Shown here in pieces: positions 1 through 11,977 of a DNA stretch of 64,000 nucleotides. The translations under genes were made by a program, and so were the position numbers. How positions within the stretch are numbered: the stretch's first letter is position 1; each line of letters starts with the position of its first letter. The notes beneath the pieces were generated by a model. It saw only the letters and a list, made by a program, of their open reading frames with translations, did no database searches and was not told the origin of the DNA. Source of the DNA: Octopus bimaculoides (taxonomy: Eukaryota); NCBI RefSeq assembly GCF_001194135.2, contig NC_069001.1, positions 22,980,214 to 23,044,213 on the forward strand, written 5' to 3'.

Positions 1-359
1 CTTTTCAGCACCTCATTGTGCATGCATTTATATATGTGTGCATATATGCATGTATTGAATGTATATAATTATTTGAAAGATTACATATTATATATGATTA
101 TGCATGTATATGTGTGTGAGTGCATGTATGTGTGTGTGTTCCTGTGTTTATACTCATACATATGCACATGCACAAAGTCATGCACAAAAATGCACACACT
201 TGCATTCTACTTTTCTTGTTACAATTTCTCTTTTACTTCAATACAAATGTCTGCATTAGCATCATCATTCTGTACTCTCTCACAGCATTTCTGATTAGCT
301 CTGCTCAGAATCTGTCTGTCCGTCTCCCTGTCTGTATACCTGTCTGTCTCTCCCTCTAC

Positions 360-396
<37 letters not shown>

Positions 397-665
397 TCTC
401 TCCACTCATTAACTGCTGTGCTGATACCAGTTAGTGAAATCACAAAAAGCACCATAGCATGCAACACCTTGCTCAGCTGGCTGGAGATCATACGGAGTTC
501 ACTCTAATTCATGTCTATATTGTGTTCTAGGCTTATAAAACTGTCTAATTGGATGCTGATCTAATTAGAGATATGTACAACATATTAAAGTCAAATCAAT
601 GGCCAGTAATTGTCAGGAAGTTACTGTAAAGGAGGTTGCGGGTTTCTACAAGGGTTGACACAGTT

Positions 666-705
<40 letters not shown>

Positions 706-708
706 TCT

Positions 709-755
<47 letters not shown>

Positions 756-889
756 TGTGTGTGTGTGTAAGGTACTGTGATGATCAGTTTTTATTTGTTC
801 TGGTGGTGTATTTAGTGGTATTTCTGGTCTTAGCTGTGGTTGTAGTAGATATTGTTGGGGTGATGATATTCTTAATGTGGCTCTGGGGG

Positions 890-1290
890 ATGTTTGTGTT
901 GATGCTGCTGCTGCTGCTGCTGCTGCTGGTGATGATGATGATGATGATGATGATGGTCAATTAACTGTTATGAGTTGTGTTAGTTATAGCAGTAGCAATA
1001 GTAGTATTTGCTATTAACATAAAGATAAAATCAGCATCATCATCATCAACAGTAGTAGCATTACCACCATCATCATCATCATCATCACTATCATCATCAT
1101 TATCATCATTACCATCATCATTGTCATCATCACCATCATCACCACCACCACCTCCATCATCAGCAGTCTCATCATCACCATCATCACCACTACTACCATT
1201 ATCATCATTGTCACCATCATTATCATCATCACCATCATCATCATCATTACCATCATCGTCGTCATCATCCTCATTCTCATTATTATTATC
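890..1290. repeat. Compound trinucleotide microsatellite / low-complexity tract: (GCT)n, (GAT)n, degenerate (CAT)n
   Basis: Directly visible. It explains the poly-D, poly-S and poly-M ORFs at 961-1375. Confidence 0.9.
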
Positions 1291-1600
1291 GCAGACGGCG
1301 TCCAGTATCCAAATTTCTGACGTTGATGATACTATGCCTGCCAAGGGTTTGTACTCTCTGTCAAGTTACAACTGAGACCTCAAACAGACAGTACTTTATG
1401 CAGTTTGCACACAGTTCTAAGAAAGGTTTTTGCAATACATCAAGATTGCAGGGTATTTCTGAAATATCCAGATGTTTCTTCAGGTTGGGTGGTATTGAAC
1501 CCAATGCTCTGATGACAACAGGAACAACCTTTATGATTGATGCTTGCGTCTGCCACATCTGGACAGTTTCAATTTTCAGATCTGCATTTTTGAGATTATA
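1279..1600 (-). mobile_element. 3' end of an R4/Dong-type (restriction-like endonuclease) non-LTR retrotransposon, decayed, with (TAA)n tail
   Basis: The minus strand reads DLKIETVQMWQ..KVVPVVIRALGSIPPNLKKHL..IPCNLDVLQK. This matches the RLE C-terminal pattern (DLxIEIxRMW..VPVVIGALG..LQKxxLLGTAHILRKVL), with a frameshift near the end. A ~90-nt 3'UTR follows, ending GATAATAATAAT at 1290-1279. Confidence 0.8.
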
Positions 1601-2104
1601 TACAAAGTCCAATGCACCCATCATGACTACCCGTCTGATAGGGTTACACTATGCACATTCATCACAAGCATGTGTGCAACATGATGACCTAATATCAAGA
1701 TAAACAGTGCATGACCTTTCAGGTGGGGCCCAGTTAGAATTTTCTTCAGGTTGAGTAACCATCCCACTCAAAAGGTCCCTGAATAAGGGTTGTTTAATGA
1801 TGTTGAATAAAACACCCAGGTTTCCAGAGGTGGATTATTCAAATCCCCCAAAATTCCTCTTAACACATGGCCATTATGCCCCCCCCCACTAATCCTGCTC
1901 ATGATCAGAGATGCACTTATTATCAATCATTAAGGGACTTACTCAACTGATTAAGGTAAAGCAAATCAGTGGTATTGAGCAGAGTACTTGCTGTAGCCCC
2001 ATCTTTTACACCAAGATAAAACATGTACATGATAACACTTCCAATCAGTTAAGATCAGAAGACATGAAAGCCACTGACTGGTTCTGCATCAAGGTACATT
2101 ATTA
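1600..2104 (-). mobile_element. Non-coding interspersed repeat joined to the R4/Dong 3' fragment and preceded by (TAA)n
   Basis: ~500-bp complex sequence that I recognise as a common octopus repeat. It begins TAATAATGTACCTTGATGCAG on the minus strand and runs directly into the RLE fragment. Confidence 0.5.
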
Positions 2105-2127
2105 ATATGATGATCATCATCATTATT

Positions 2128-2342
2128 GAGGTGGTGAGCTGGAAAAATCGTTCGCACGCCAGGCGAAATGCCTAGCAGTGTTTTGTCTATCTTTACATTC
2201 TGAGTTCAAATTCCGCCTAGGTCAACTTTGCCTTTCATGCTTTCAGGGTCGATAAATCAAGTACCAGTTGTATACTGGGGGCGGTCTAATCAACTGGCCC
2301 CTTCCTCCAAAATTTCAGGCCTTGTTCCTGGAGTAGAAAAGA

Positions 2343-2398
<56 letters not shown>

Positions 2399-2875
2399 GA
2401 TGGTGAGCTGGCAGAATCATTTGCATGTCAGGCAAAATGCTTAGCAGTATTTCGTCCATCTTCATGTTCTGAGTTCAAATTCTGCTGAGGTTGACTTTAC
2501 CTTTCATCCTTTCAGGGTCTATAAAATTAGTACCAATTATGCACTGGGGTCATTGTAATTGACTAGCCCCCACCCACTAGAATTTCAGGTCTTGTGCTTA
2601 TAGTAGAAAGGATTAGTATTGTTGTTGTTGGTGTTGTTGTTAAGGTGGTGAGCAGGCAGACTCACCAGCATGCCAAAGAAGATGTTAAGCAGCATTTTGT
2701 TTGTCTTGACATTCTAAGTTCAAATTCTACCAAGATAGACTTTGCTTTGAATTCTTCCAGGGCTGAGGAAATAAGTACCAATTGAGCCCTGGGGTGGGGG
2801 GTCGATGTAATTGAATCACACCCTACCCACCAAAATGTCAGGGTGTGTGTCTATAGAGCAAAGGCTTATGGATAT
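2128..2875 (+). mobile_element. Three head-to-tail copies of tRNA-derived SINE-B (Meta-domain-like), separated by (TTA)n and (GTT)n
   Basis: Copies start at ~2128, ~2397 and ~2642 (AAGGTGGTGAGCTGGCAGAA). Each has a B-box-like GAGTTCAAAT, and the first two have the GCCTTTCATCCTTTCRGGGTCGATAAATTAAGTACCAG-type motif resembling the MetaSINE Meta domain (more decayed in the third). Confidence 0.85.
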
Positions 2876-2898
2876 AGTCGTTGGTGGTGGTCGTGCTG

Positions 2899-2932
<34 letters not shown>

Positions 2933-3139
2933 CAGTAGCAGCAGTAGCAGCAGTAGTGAGGTGTTTGCAGGGGTCGGGAGTATTGGTGGTATTGGCAATA
3001 ACTTTGATGATTGTTGTTAAGCATTGGGGTTTGTGATGGCTATTGTACTGTCATTGTTCAACAAGTGAGTCTCATTCTGATGAAGGAAGAAAGAACAGCT
3101 GAGTCAACCCACTCTACTGATAAACGATGACATAGATAA

Positions 3140-3580
3140 CAATGGTGGTGGTGGTGGTGGTAGTGGTGGTTGGGGGTAGTTGGGGGTGGTTGGGGGTAAC
3201 GGTAGCTGAATGGGTTTTAGAAAGTAGTTATTAACTGTGGATGTATTTAGGAAGAATAGATATACTGTCACTGCTAATGATGAAGGTGGCAATAATGGTG
3301 GTAGTGGTGATGGTGGCGTTAGTGGTGGTGCAGGATGATGGTTGTAGTGGGGATGGTGGTGGTTGTTGTGTGGTGATGGAAGTGTTAGTGGTGGAGGTGG
3401 TGTTAGTGGTGGTGATGGTGCTACTATTTATGGTGATGATGATGATGATGATGATGATAAAGGAGGCAGCTGTAATAATATTGATTTGAAGACGAAGACA
3501 ACTTTGATGACAACAGAGACATGATGATAATGATGATGATGATGATGACAATAGGTATGACGATGACACTGATGGTGATA
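3140..3580. repeat. Low-complexity (GGT)/(GAT) tract
   Basis: Directly visible. Source of the poly-T/P/V ORFs. Confidence 0.85.
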
Positions 3581-6500
3581 GCTGTCATCGTAATCTTATA
3601 TATAATGCAGAAATAAGTCAAGTATTAATTCTGATGATAAGGATTGCTGTCATAGTGACGTTATTAAGTTGTTACTATGATACATATCATAATGTTCATA
3701 TTATTGCTAACGATGTTCCTTGAAATGGTCATGTGTTTTTATTGATACTTTGGCTACCACATTGCTACCACTATTTCTGATAATGATACCAGTCATAAAA
3801 ATAATAATTTCAACAAATTGAAATTTAGTGACGATTGAAATGATGGTATCGATTTTATGTATAACACGTTATGTATTTCACGTACTTTAATTATATTTCA
3901 TAAGTTAAAGATTGTGTGTGTGTGTGTCTGTATGTTCTTTTCTGTTTTTAAAGTTTTTAAGCTTTTCCTTTGAAGACGGAGCTGGTTTCTAACAAAGCTC
4001 CATCTTTGAAATGAAGAAAAGGTAAACAATGTCATGCTTTTAATCTGAGAAAAGTCTCGCATAGTTTTCCTGTTCCACTTACAGATTGTATTTGTTATGT
4101 GTGAGTCAGTTGATTAATTTCTCTTTCTGAAAATCCAAGCTTATCCAGACTGATTGATTGGCAGGCAGGCAGGTGGGTGAGCGGGCAGGCAGGCGGGTGA
4201 GTAGGTAGGTAGGTAGGCAGGCAGGTATATTTGTCTGTCTGTTTGTCATTGTTTTGTTTTATTTCAAGATTTCTTGCCAATAGAGAAAGAACTGGTTTAG
4301 TTTCCAACCTTTATCCAAGGCTCTTTCATTGGAATTTCAACACCAGCAACAGGGTATTTTTGTATGTATGTATGTATGTATGTATGTATGTATACATTTA
4401 GGTATGTATGTATATATTATTTATGCAATCATGCATGCATGAATGAATGAAGCTACTAGCTTCCTTTTTTGTGTTGGTAAGAATTCTTTCACATGTTTTT
4501 GGATTCCATCTCATTGCATGGGTTTTGACCAAGTGTTTCCTACTCTAGCTGTGGATTAACCAGTCATTTGGATGAAATTGTTACATGGAATTTATGGAGA
4601 AATGTGTTGGGAGGAGTGTTCCAGTTCTTAGAAGGTGGTACACTTAATCTGTTTTTCAGTTTAACACTTCCATCTGTCCCTTGAGTATTGTTAGGCTCTG
4701 TTGCTAGCATTTGAATCAGATTCCTCATCTGAAGATAACTTTCTTTCTTCCTTGATCCAGCTTCAGAGATTCTGAAAATGGTCCAAAGGTTCTCCTTCCT
4801 TGTTTGACAAAGCTATTAAGAATTTAATCAGTCAATAGTGTAGGAAAATTAAATAGATTTCATTAATTAGGATCATTCTTCAAGATTCTGGTACTAGATA
4901 CCAGACTGAGATACTAGATTAATTGTGGCTTAACCCCATAAATCTTGATAGAATAAGTAATACACTTGTGCAGAAGTACATTCCATTGATTTTAATCATT
5001 CATAAAAAAATGTATGAACCCTAACCAGTCTGAGAAACCAATATTCTTTTGGGAATTTCAGTGATTAGACATTAGTTACATTGGAGCACCACATTTAAGA
5101 GTTTAGTGAATCTTATCAACTATAAGCTTATATCAGTTTGTTGATTATTTTTACTATTCTTCATTTATTATATTCATTAATTTACATTTTTTACATAAAA
5201 GGTGACAATCCAATTCATTAGTTTAAACGGGTAAACATAAATGAAAATAGTCACAGACACATACACACATGTTCATATAAACAGATATTCATATATATAT
5301 ATACATAAACATGCAAAATGGACATCAACACTATTCCTCCATGTGATCAGCTTGAGAAATTGTTAGGATATTAAGATATTTTTCTTAACATGAAACCAGT
5401 GATAGCCTTAATATACAAAGAAATTCTATCCACCGACGTGGTGTTGAGCACTCATTTTCATCATTTGACATTTACATGTGTATATATTGGTGAGAACCCC
5501 TTCGGTCATGACTGACCATGAGATTGCACCTAGAAAGTTACCCTCTCAGGCACAAGTCTGGGCAAGGTTGTTTATGGAAGACTAGCAGTTGCCACTGCAT
5601 ACTGGATTCCCCTCTTCATGCCATCAAATTCACACACAAGATATTAGTGGACCTGGGGCTATAGTGGAGTACACTTGCCCAAGGTACTGTGCAGTGGGAC
5701 TGAACACAAAACTGCATAGATACAGTGAATTTTTTAACCATATAACCATATCTGCACCTTACACACCCCCACACACACACACACCCACACACACACACAC
5801 ACCCACACACACACATATCAAAAGGATATGAGGATGATTTAAATTAATAGGTAATGCGTTCTGAGTGCTCAAATAGCTGTAGCACCGAAATTCCAGTTTG
5901 AATGAGAGTTGTTGTTATGTGATTGCTTTGTTCAGATGTAGGTTAAAGTAGTGAGGAAAGACAAACAATTAGGCAAGACATGACAAAGACATTTAATCTA
6001 ATTTAATTCAATCTAATCTAGCTGAGTAATGACTGGTAAAAAATGGTAAAAAAAAATAGTCTCTGACAGCTGTTTCTGCGACATGCCAGCTGTTGGAACA
6101 TCATATTGAGTGAAGACTCTGTAAGTTCGGTATTTCATCATTGGAAAGATTTAGGTTAGATAATGGAAGAAAGTTCCTCATCAATGATATTTGTTGTGGT
6201 TCATTATGTTCAGGAGGGTAGAAGGGTCCAGTTAAATCCAGTTAGATTTGGTATTCTTTAGATCAATCCATGGTCTGAAAGAATGGTTAGGTAGTATATC
6301 ATGGTGAGAGGAAGGAAAGAATGGTTATGCATTACTTCATAGTGAGCGAAAATAAATGCTAGCAGTTCCAAAGTTGTGCAAATACTGAGAGGAGGAATAA
6401 ATAAGACATTCAGGTGAGAGAAATATAGAAAGGTAAGAGTTTTGTACTGGATATACAGTATTCAGTATAGTGAGAGGTACTGAGTTGAGAGAAATTAGGG

Positions 6501-6759
6501 GAAGGAATAAATAATACAACCTGATGTGAGAAAGATAAATAGATAAGAGCAGTGTTGTAAATATATACTAAGCAGTAGAGTAAGAGCTTTTGGGGGTGGA
6601 TGGGGGTGTCTAGGGAAATTAGAAGTAGTGAGTGCAAGGACTAGTAAAGTGACAATCCTATCGAAAGAAATCAATGGGGGCAAATGTAAAGATAGAGAGA
6701 AAAGGAAAATATATATATATATATATATATATATCAAATCATATACATATATATATATA

Positions 6760-6970
6760 TCATCATCATCATCATTATTATTTTTTTCCTTGCTGGCATG
6801 GGTTGAACAGTTTGATAAGGACAGACAAGCCAGAGGGTTCCACCAGGTTGTATGTCCGCTTTGGCCATGGTTTCTACAGCTGGATGTCCTTCCTAATGCC
6901 AACCACTTAACAGAGTGTACTGGGTGCTTTTTATGTAGCACCAGCACTGGTAATGTCCTTCACTACCTAC
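6760..6970 (-). mobile_element. 3' tail of RTE-clade LINE or RTE-derived element with (GAT)n tail
   Basis: (CAT)n followed by GCTGGCATGGGTTG...CAGCTGGATGTCCTTCCTAATGCCAACCAC, the same 3'UTR found on the RT-bearing element at 58515-60338. Confidence 0.8.
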
Positions 6971-7128
6971 AAGATACTACCCCTCAGCTGAATGGGGTAC
7001 AGACTGGAGGAATAAGGAATGACAATAGAAGGAGAAGACCTGGTGTTTTGTTGAAGTAGTGAATATCTATCTATCAGTCTGTCTGTCTGTCTGTATGTCT
7101 ATCTATCTATCTGCCTGCCTACTAGTTG

Positions 7129-7174
<46 letters not shown>

Positions 7175-7182
<8 letters not shown>

Positions 7183-7410
7183 ATTAGGAAATGTCAAAAT
7201 CCAAACTTACAAGGATATATAATTTAGTAATACCATATTGAATTTTATAATAAATATGTTAATAATTTAGAGAGGAACCACCAAGATGCAATCCAAACAA
7301 TGAAGGAGATCAGACACCATCAAGAAAAATGTACTTTTGTTTTTCTTGATGGTGTCTGATCTCCTTTATTGTTTGGATTGCATCTTGGTGGTTCTTCTCT
7401 AAAGTATCAA
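7175..7410 (-). mobile_element. Penelope-like element terminal fragment with a 64-bp inverted repeat
   Basis: Arms at 7266-7329 and 7340-7403 match at 62/64 positions. The GTGGTTC(C/G)TCTCTAAATTA...CTAATATTAT(TA)n organisation is shared with the Penelope element end at ~53300-53437. Confidence 0.7.
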
Positions 7411-7427
7411 TATATATATATATATAT

Positions 7428-7635
7428 CATCATCATCATCATCATCATCGTTTAACGTCCGCTTTCCATGCTAGCATGGGTTGGACGATTTGATTGAGGA
7501 CTGGTGAAACCAGATGGCAACACCAGGCTCCAATCTGATTTGGCAGAGTTTCTACAGCTGGATGCCCTTCCTAACACCAACCACTCAGAGAGTGTAGTGG
7601 GTGTTTTTACATGTCACCCGCACAAAGGCCAACAT
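7428..7635 (-). mobile_element. RTE-type 3' tail with (GAT)n
   Basis: CATCATCATCGTTTAACGTCCGCTTTCCATGCTAGCATGGGTTGG...GCTGGATGCCCTTCCTAAC, same family as 6760-6970. Confidence 0.85.
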
Positions 7636-7904
7636 ATGATAAATGAAAGCTGAAAGTTGAAAAATACAAGAATTTTCATTAATCACAACAATTGTTTTAA
7701 GACATCTGGCATTTAGCAAGGGTGGGATACTTAGCAACTGGTTCAGGAACATCTGACAGTGCAGATGTGTTTCTTCAGGTGATAAATAGATATAACTCAT
7801 TAGAATAACAGCTCCGCAAGGATATATCTTCATTTATATGGAAGATCAAAAATAAAATCACAGTTGCAAAAAAAGAAACGAACATGAAATAGAGCAAGAA
7901 AAGT

Positions 7905-8072
7905 ATATGATCTTTCATTTGTTTCAGTTATTTGAAGAAACTTAATCGAATGAATTGACCTCAGCATTTTTTATTTTTTAAACCTGGCACTTATTCTGGT
8001 GGTCTCTTTTGCTGAACTGCTAAGTTACAGTGATGTAAACACACCAATGATGGTTGTCAAGCAGTGATTGGA

Positions 8073-8116
<44 letters not shown>

Positions 8117-8267
8117 GCTTCTTTCAGTTTTCGTTTGCCAAATCCACTCTCAAGGATTCGGTCAGCTTGAGTTTATAGTAGAAAACACTTGCCCAAGGTG
8201 CCATGCAGTGGGACTGAACTTAAAACCATGTAGTTGGGAAGCAAACTTCTTACCACACAATCACTCC

Positions 8268-8270
<3 letters not shown>
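7905..8270 (-). mobile_element. tRNA-derived SINE-A
   Basis: Reverse-complement copy of the family seen at 29794-30214, with an internal (CA)n. Confidence 0.8.
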
Positions 8271-8302
<32 letters not shown>

Positions 8303-8529
8303 TAATTATACTTTCACAAGAAATGGCAGGACTGACTTTGTAGTTTTGGCTTTCTACCTTCATTTCATGGAGGCTGCCACCAGTTCAAAACTTCAAAGTC
8401 CCTGTCACCTGACTCCTTGCAAAACAATTATAAATGTATTCTTTAAAAAAACATATTGTGTAATTCTTCAGTAATATTAAATTATTCTTATAATTCAACA
8501 TAAAAGCAAGCATTAATATATATGTGTGT

Positions 8530-8782
8530 GTAAGGCAGTGCAATGGCTGATTCGTTAGCATGTTGGATGAAATGCTTAGTGGTATTTCATCTGTCTTTAC
8601 ATTCTGAGTTCAAATTCCACCAAGGTTGACTTTGCCTTTAATCCTTTCAGGGTCGATAAATTAAGTACCAGTTGCATACTGGGACTGATCTATTTGACTG
8701 GCCTCCTCTCCCAAAATTTCAGGCCTTGTGCCTAGAGTAGAAAAAAAATATATATATATATGTGTGTGTGTGTGTATATGTA

Positions 8783-8820
<38 letters not shown>

Positions 8821-9030
8821 GGCAACTAGCTGGCAGAATTAGCATGCTTGGCAAAATGCTTAGCAGTGTTTCGTTTGCCCTTATGTTTTGAGTTCAAATT
8901 CTACTGTGGTCACTTTTGCCTTTCATCCTTTCAGGGTTGATAAATCAAGTACCAGTTGAGTACCAGAGAGTCAATGTAATTGACTTACCCGCACCCCCTG
9001 AATGGATGGCATTGTGCCAATATTTAAAAC
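8530..9030 (+). mobile_element. Two tandem SINE-B copies separated by TA/TG microsatellite
   Basis: Heads at ~8532 and ~8819. Both carry the Meta-like motif. Confidence 0.8.
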
Positions 9031-9346
9031 ATGGATGGATGGATGGATGGATGGATGGATGGATCTATCTATCTATCTATCTATTGAGTATGGTCTTTGT
9101 AAATGTTGATATTTCCTGTAAACTAAAGAGCCTTTTATTGCTGCATTTTCTAAGATAATTGAGATAATTAAACCCTTACTTTTAAAAACTGATAAAGGTT
9201 ATTGATAGAAAGGGCAACTATCATTGAAAACTTGAAAACTGTATCAATTATAAATACATGTCTGTATTGTGCTAGCATGGCAAAATAGATGTAATATAAA
9301 CAAATTACATATACCTGTGTGTGTGTGTATATGTGTGTGTAAATGC

Positions 9347-9378
<32 letters not shown>

Positions 9379-9444
9379 ATGTTTGTATATGTATGTACAT
9401 ATATGTAGGTATATACATGTAGATGTATGTATACATATATCTAA

Positions 9445-9489
<45 letters not shown>

Positions 9490-9641
9490 NNNNNNNNNNT
9501 ATATATATATATATATATATTTATATATGTATGTATATATATATATGTAGGTAGGTATACATATATATGTATACACATCTCTAAGTGTGTGTGTATATAT
9601 ATATATGTGTGTGTGTGTTTATATACATATATGTAGGTATA

Positions 9642-9857
9642 CGAGGGGAAGCTGAAAAGTTCCTGGCTTTGTATAAAAGAAAATACAGGAGGATCAGTTA
9701 ACTACGATTTTATTCAATGTATTCCCCTCTCAGATTCACACACTTATTGCAGCAGTCCTTCAGTTTTTCTAAGCCTTACAAAAAAACTCAGGAGGTTGAA
9801 CCTCCAGCCAGGCTTTTTGCAGTATCCTTAAAACCAGGAACTTTTCAGCACTCCTCA
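9642..9857 (+). mobile_element. Mariner-type MITE (216 bp), TA-flanked
   Basis: TIRs CGAGGGGAAGCTGAAAAGTTCCTGG / CCAGGAACTTTTCAGCACTCCTCA with TA on both sides. An inverted homologue lies at 16909-17122. Confidence 0.8.
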
Positions 9858-9885
9858 TATATATGTATATGTATAGGCATGCATA

Positions 9886-9931
<46 letters not shown>

Positions 9932-9940
9932 TGTGTGTGT

Positions 9941-9996
<56 letters not shown>

Positions 9997-10239
9997 ATAC
10001 ATATATTATACAAACAGTTACACATACGAACATGCACAAGTATATATGCACACACATACACACACACACACACACACACATGCACGCACGTGCGCTCACT
10101 TACCACATACATGCTTGCTATAGGTTTCAGAAGAGTTTTAGGGCACTGTGGGATTTTAGCCTAAATCAATTCATGACCCAGCTACCTTGTCTTGCTAACA
10201 CTGTCTTGCTGGTGTTGCCTGAGAATTATAATAGTTTTT

Positions 10240-10410
10240 CTAATTTTGGCACAAGGCCAGTAATTTTGAAGGGAGAAATGATTCAAGTACATTGACCCTT
10301 GTACTTGACTGGTACTTATGTTATTGACTCTGAAAGAATTCTTTGGCAGAATTTGAACTCAGAATGTAGAGAGTCATATGAAACACTACTAAGCATTTTG
10401 TTCAATTCAT
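10240..10410 (-). mobile_element. Decayed SINE-B copy
   Basis: TTTGGCACAAGGCCAG tail, CTGGTACTT, GAATTTGAACTCAGAA head on the reverse strand. Confidence 0.65.
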
Positions 10411-10452
10411 TAATGATTCTGCCAGTTCACAATCTTTGAAAATGATAGTAAT

Positions 10453-10520
10453 TACCATAAGAGTACATGTGTAGAGTACCATAAGAGTACATGTGTAGAG
10501 TACCATAGGAGTACATGTAT
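10453..10520. repeat. 24-bp minisatellite, ~3 copies (TACCATAAGAGTACATGTGTAGAG)
   Basis: Units start at 10453, 10477 and 10501. Confidence 0.9.
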
Positions 10521-10590
10521 CTGTGGGGATGAATAATGCCTTGAGTACATAGTTCAGTTGATTGTGCAATTGAATACATATCATATAAAA

Positions 10591-10986
10591 CGGCTGTGGT
10601 AAGAAGCTTGCTTCCCAACCATATGGTTCCGGGTTCAGTCCCACTGTGTGGCACCTCAGGCAAGTGTCTTCTGCTATAGCCTCAGTCCAGCCAAAGCTTT
10701 GTGAGTAGATTTGGTAGATGGAAACTGAAAGAATCTTGTCTTGTATATATGTGTGTTTTTGTGTGTGTATGTGTGTGTGTATCTGTGTGTGTGTGTGTGT
10801 GTGTATATTTGTCCTCCCAATCACCACTTGACAACTGGTGTTGGTGTGATTGCATCCCCATAACTTAGCGAGTCAGCAAAAGAGACTAATAGAATAAGTA
10901 CTAAGCTTGTTCAACTAAAATACTTCAAGATGGTGCTCCAGCATGGCCACAGTCAAATGACAGAAACAAATAAAAGAATAAAAGAA
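10591..10986 (+). mobile_element. tRNA-derived SINE-A, full length
   Basis: A-box-like GGCTGTGGTAAG, B-box-like GGTTCAGTCCC, internal (TG)n, and tail GCTCCAGCATGGCCACAGTCAAATGACAGAAAC + (AAAAGAAT)n. Confidence 0.85.
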
Positions 10987-11734
10987 TAATACATATGCAT
11001 AATATTGTTGGTGTTTAGCCCTTTCTCATGAGTTATGTTTCATTTTTGATGTGTCTTTAGAAAACTATTTAACTCCTTCTCATTCAGTCAATCTATCTCT
11101 AAACTATGAGGAATAAGGAATATGCATTTAGATGTATGTTGATTAAGATGCCTGCTGGAGCCCCTTGTGGGCAGTAAAGAAATATGATGCATGCTGTAGC
11201 CCCTTGTGGGCAGTAAAGAAATATGATGCATGTTGATTTTAGTCCGAAGACAACTCTGATTAAGCAAACATATGATCACATACATTCCAGCTACAACCAT
11301 CATGTTTTTCTTCAGAGACACGTTACACCACGAAGTACCTTATCAAGAGTGCTTATCTTTTCTTAGATATTAGAGAGAATGGGCTGCTGTTACTAGCAGG
11401 TGACACAACCATGTAGAGATGGCTTGTTCATTGGCTGAAACATTCCATGAACTTCTGTTTTTAATTTTACTGTAATGTTTCTTTTCATGATATATTTAAT
11501 TACCAAATTTATAGTCTATGTCATGCTGAAGATTCTAAAAAAGGATGAGATAGTACTATAGATGAGTACCACTAACTAGAAATTCCAAGAACTTCACCAT
11601 AGATAATAATAAAAAAAAGAAGAATTTAGATTAGATACATAAATGTTATTATATATATGAGCTCTTCATATCCTTTTATGCCTCATGTTGTGAGATGTTA
11701 ACCTCTTCTTGTACTAACAGCCATCTAGAGGGTG

Positions 11735-11777
<43 letters not shown>

Positions 11778-11977
11778 CGTGTGTGTGTGTGTGTGTGTGT
11801 GTGTTGAAATGTATCAATGAAGGAAGGTCTTGTGTAAGGGGATGTAGTTTCTATTATATATTTTTCGAGATCTGAGACATATGTGTCAAATGCTTTCAAA
11901 ATATCACCGTTTGCTTTGACTTCATTATTACAAATCAAGTGTGTGTGTGTGTGTGTGTGTGTAAAGGGTAAAAATGT

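Noticed and set aside
961-1375. 127-132 aa Asp-rich and Ser-rich ORFs
   Set aside because: Translations of a degenerate (CAT)n microsatellite that are open in several frames on both strands; no domain content.
3066-3090. CTGATGAAGG hammerhead-like core (also CTGATGAAA at ~28725)
   Set aside because: No stem II or downstream GAAAC could be formed; treated as chance matches.
6050-6400. Possible Penelope RT N-terminal remnant (LSNLNLSNDEI) on the minus strand
   Set aside because: Too short and degenerate; the diagnostic ADKG motif is not recognisable.
9717-10295. 192-aa ORF and overlapping HT/VC-repeat ORFs
   Set aside because: Mostly (TG)n/(CA)n plus a MITE. The same applies to all YI, CV, HT, LS and RE dipeptide ORFs in the track.
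11155-11235. 39-bp tandem duplication GCCCCTTGTGGGCAGTAAAGAAATATGATGCATG
   Set aside because: Explained as a duplicated orphan SINE-B type-2 tail; no independent significance.
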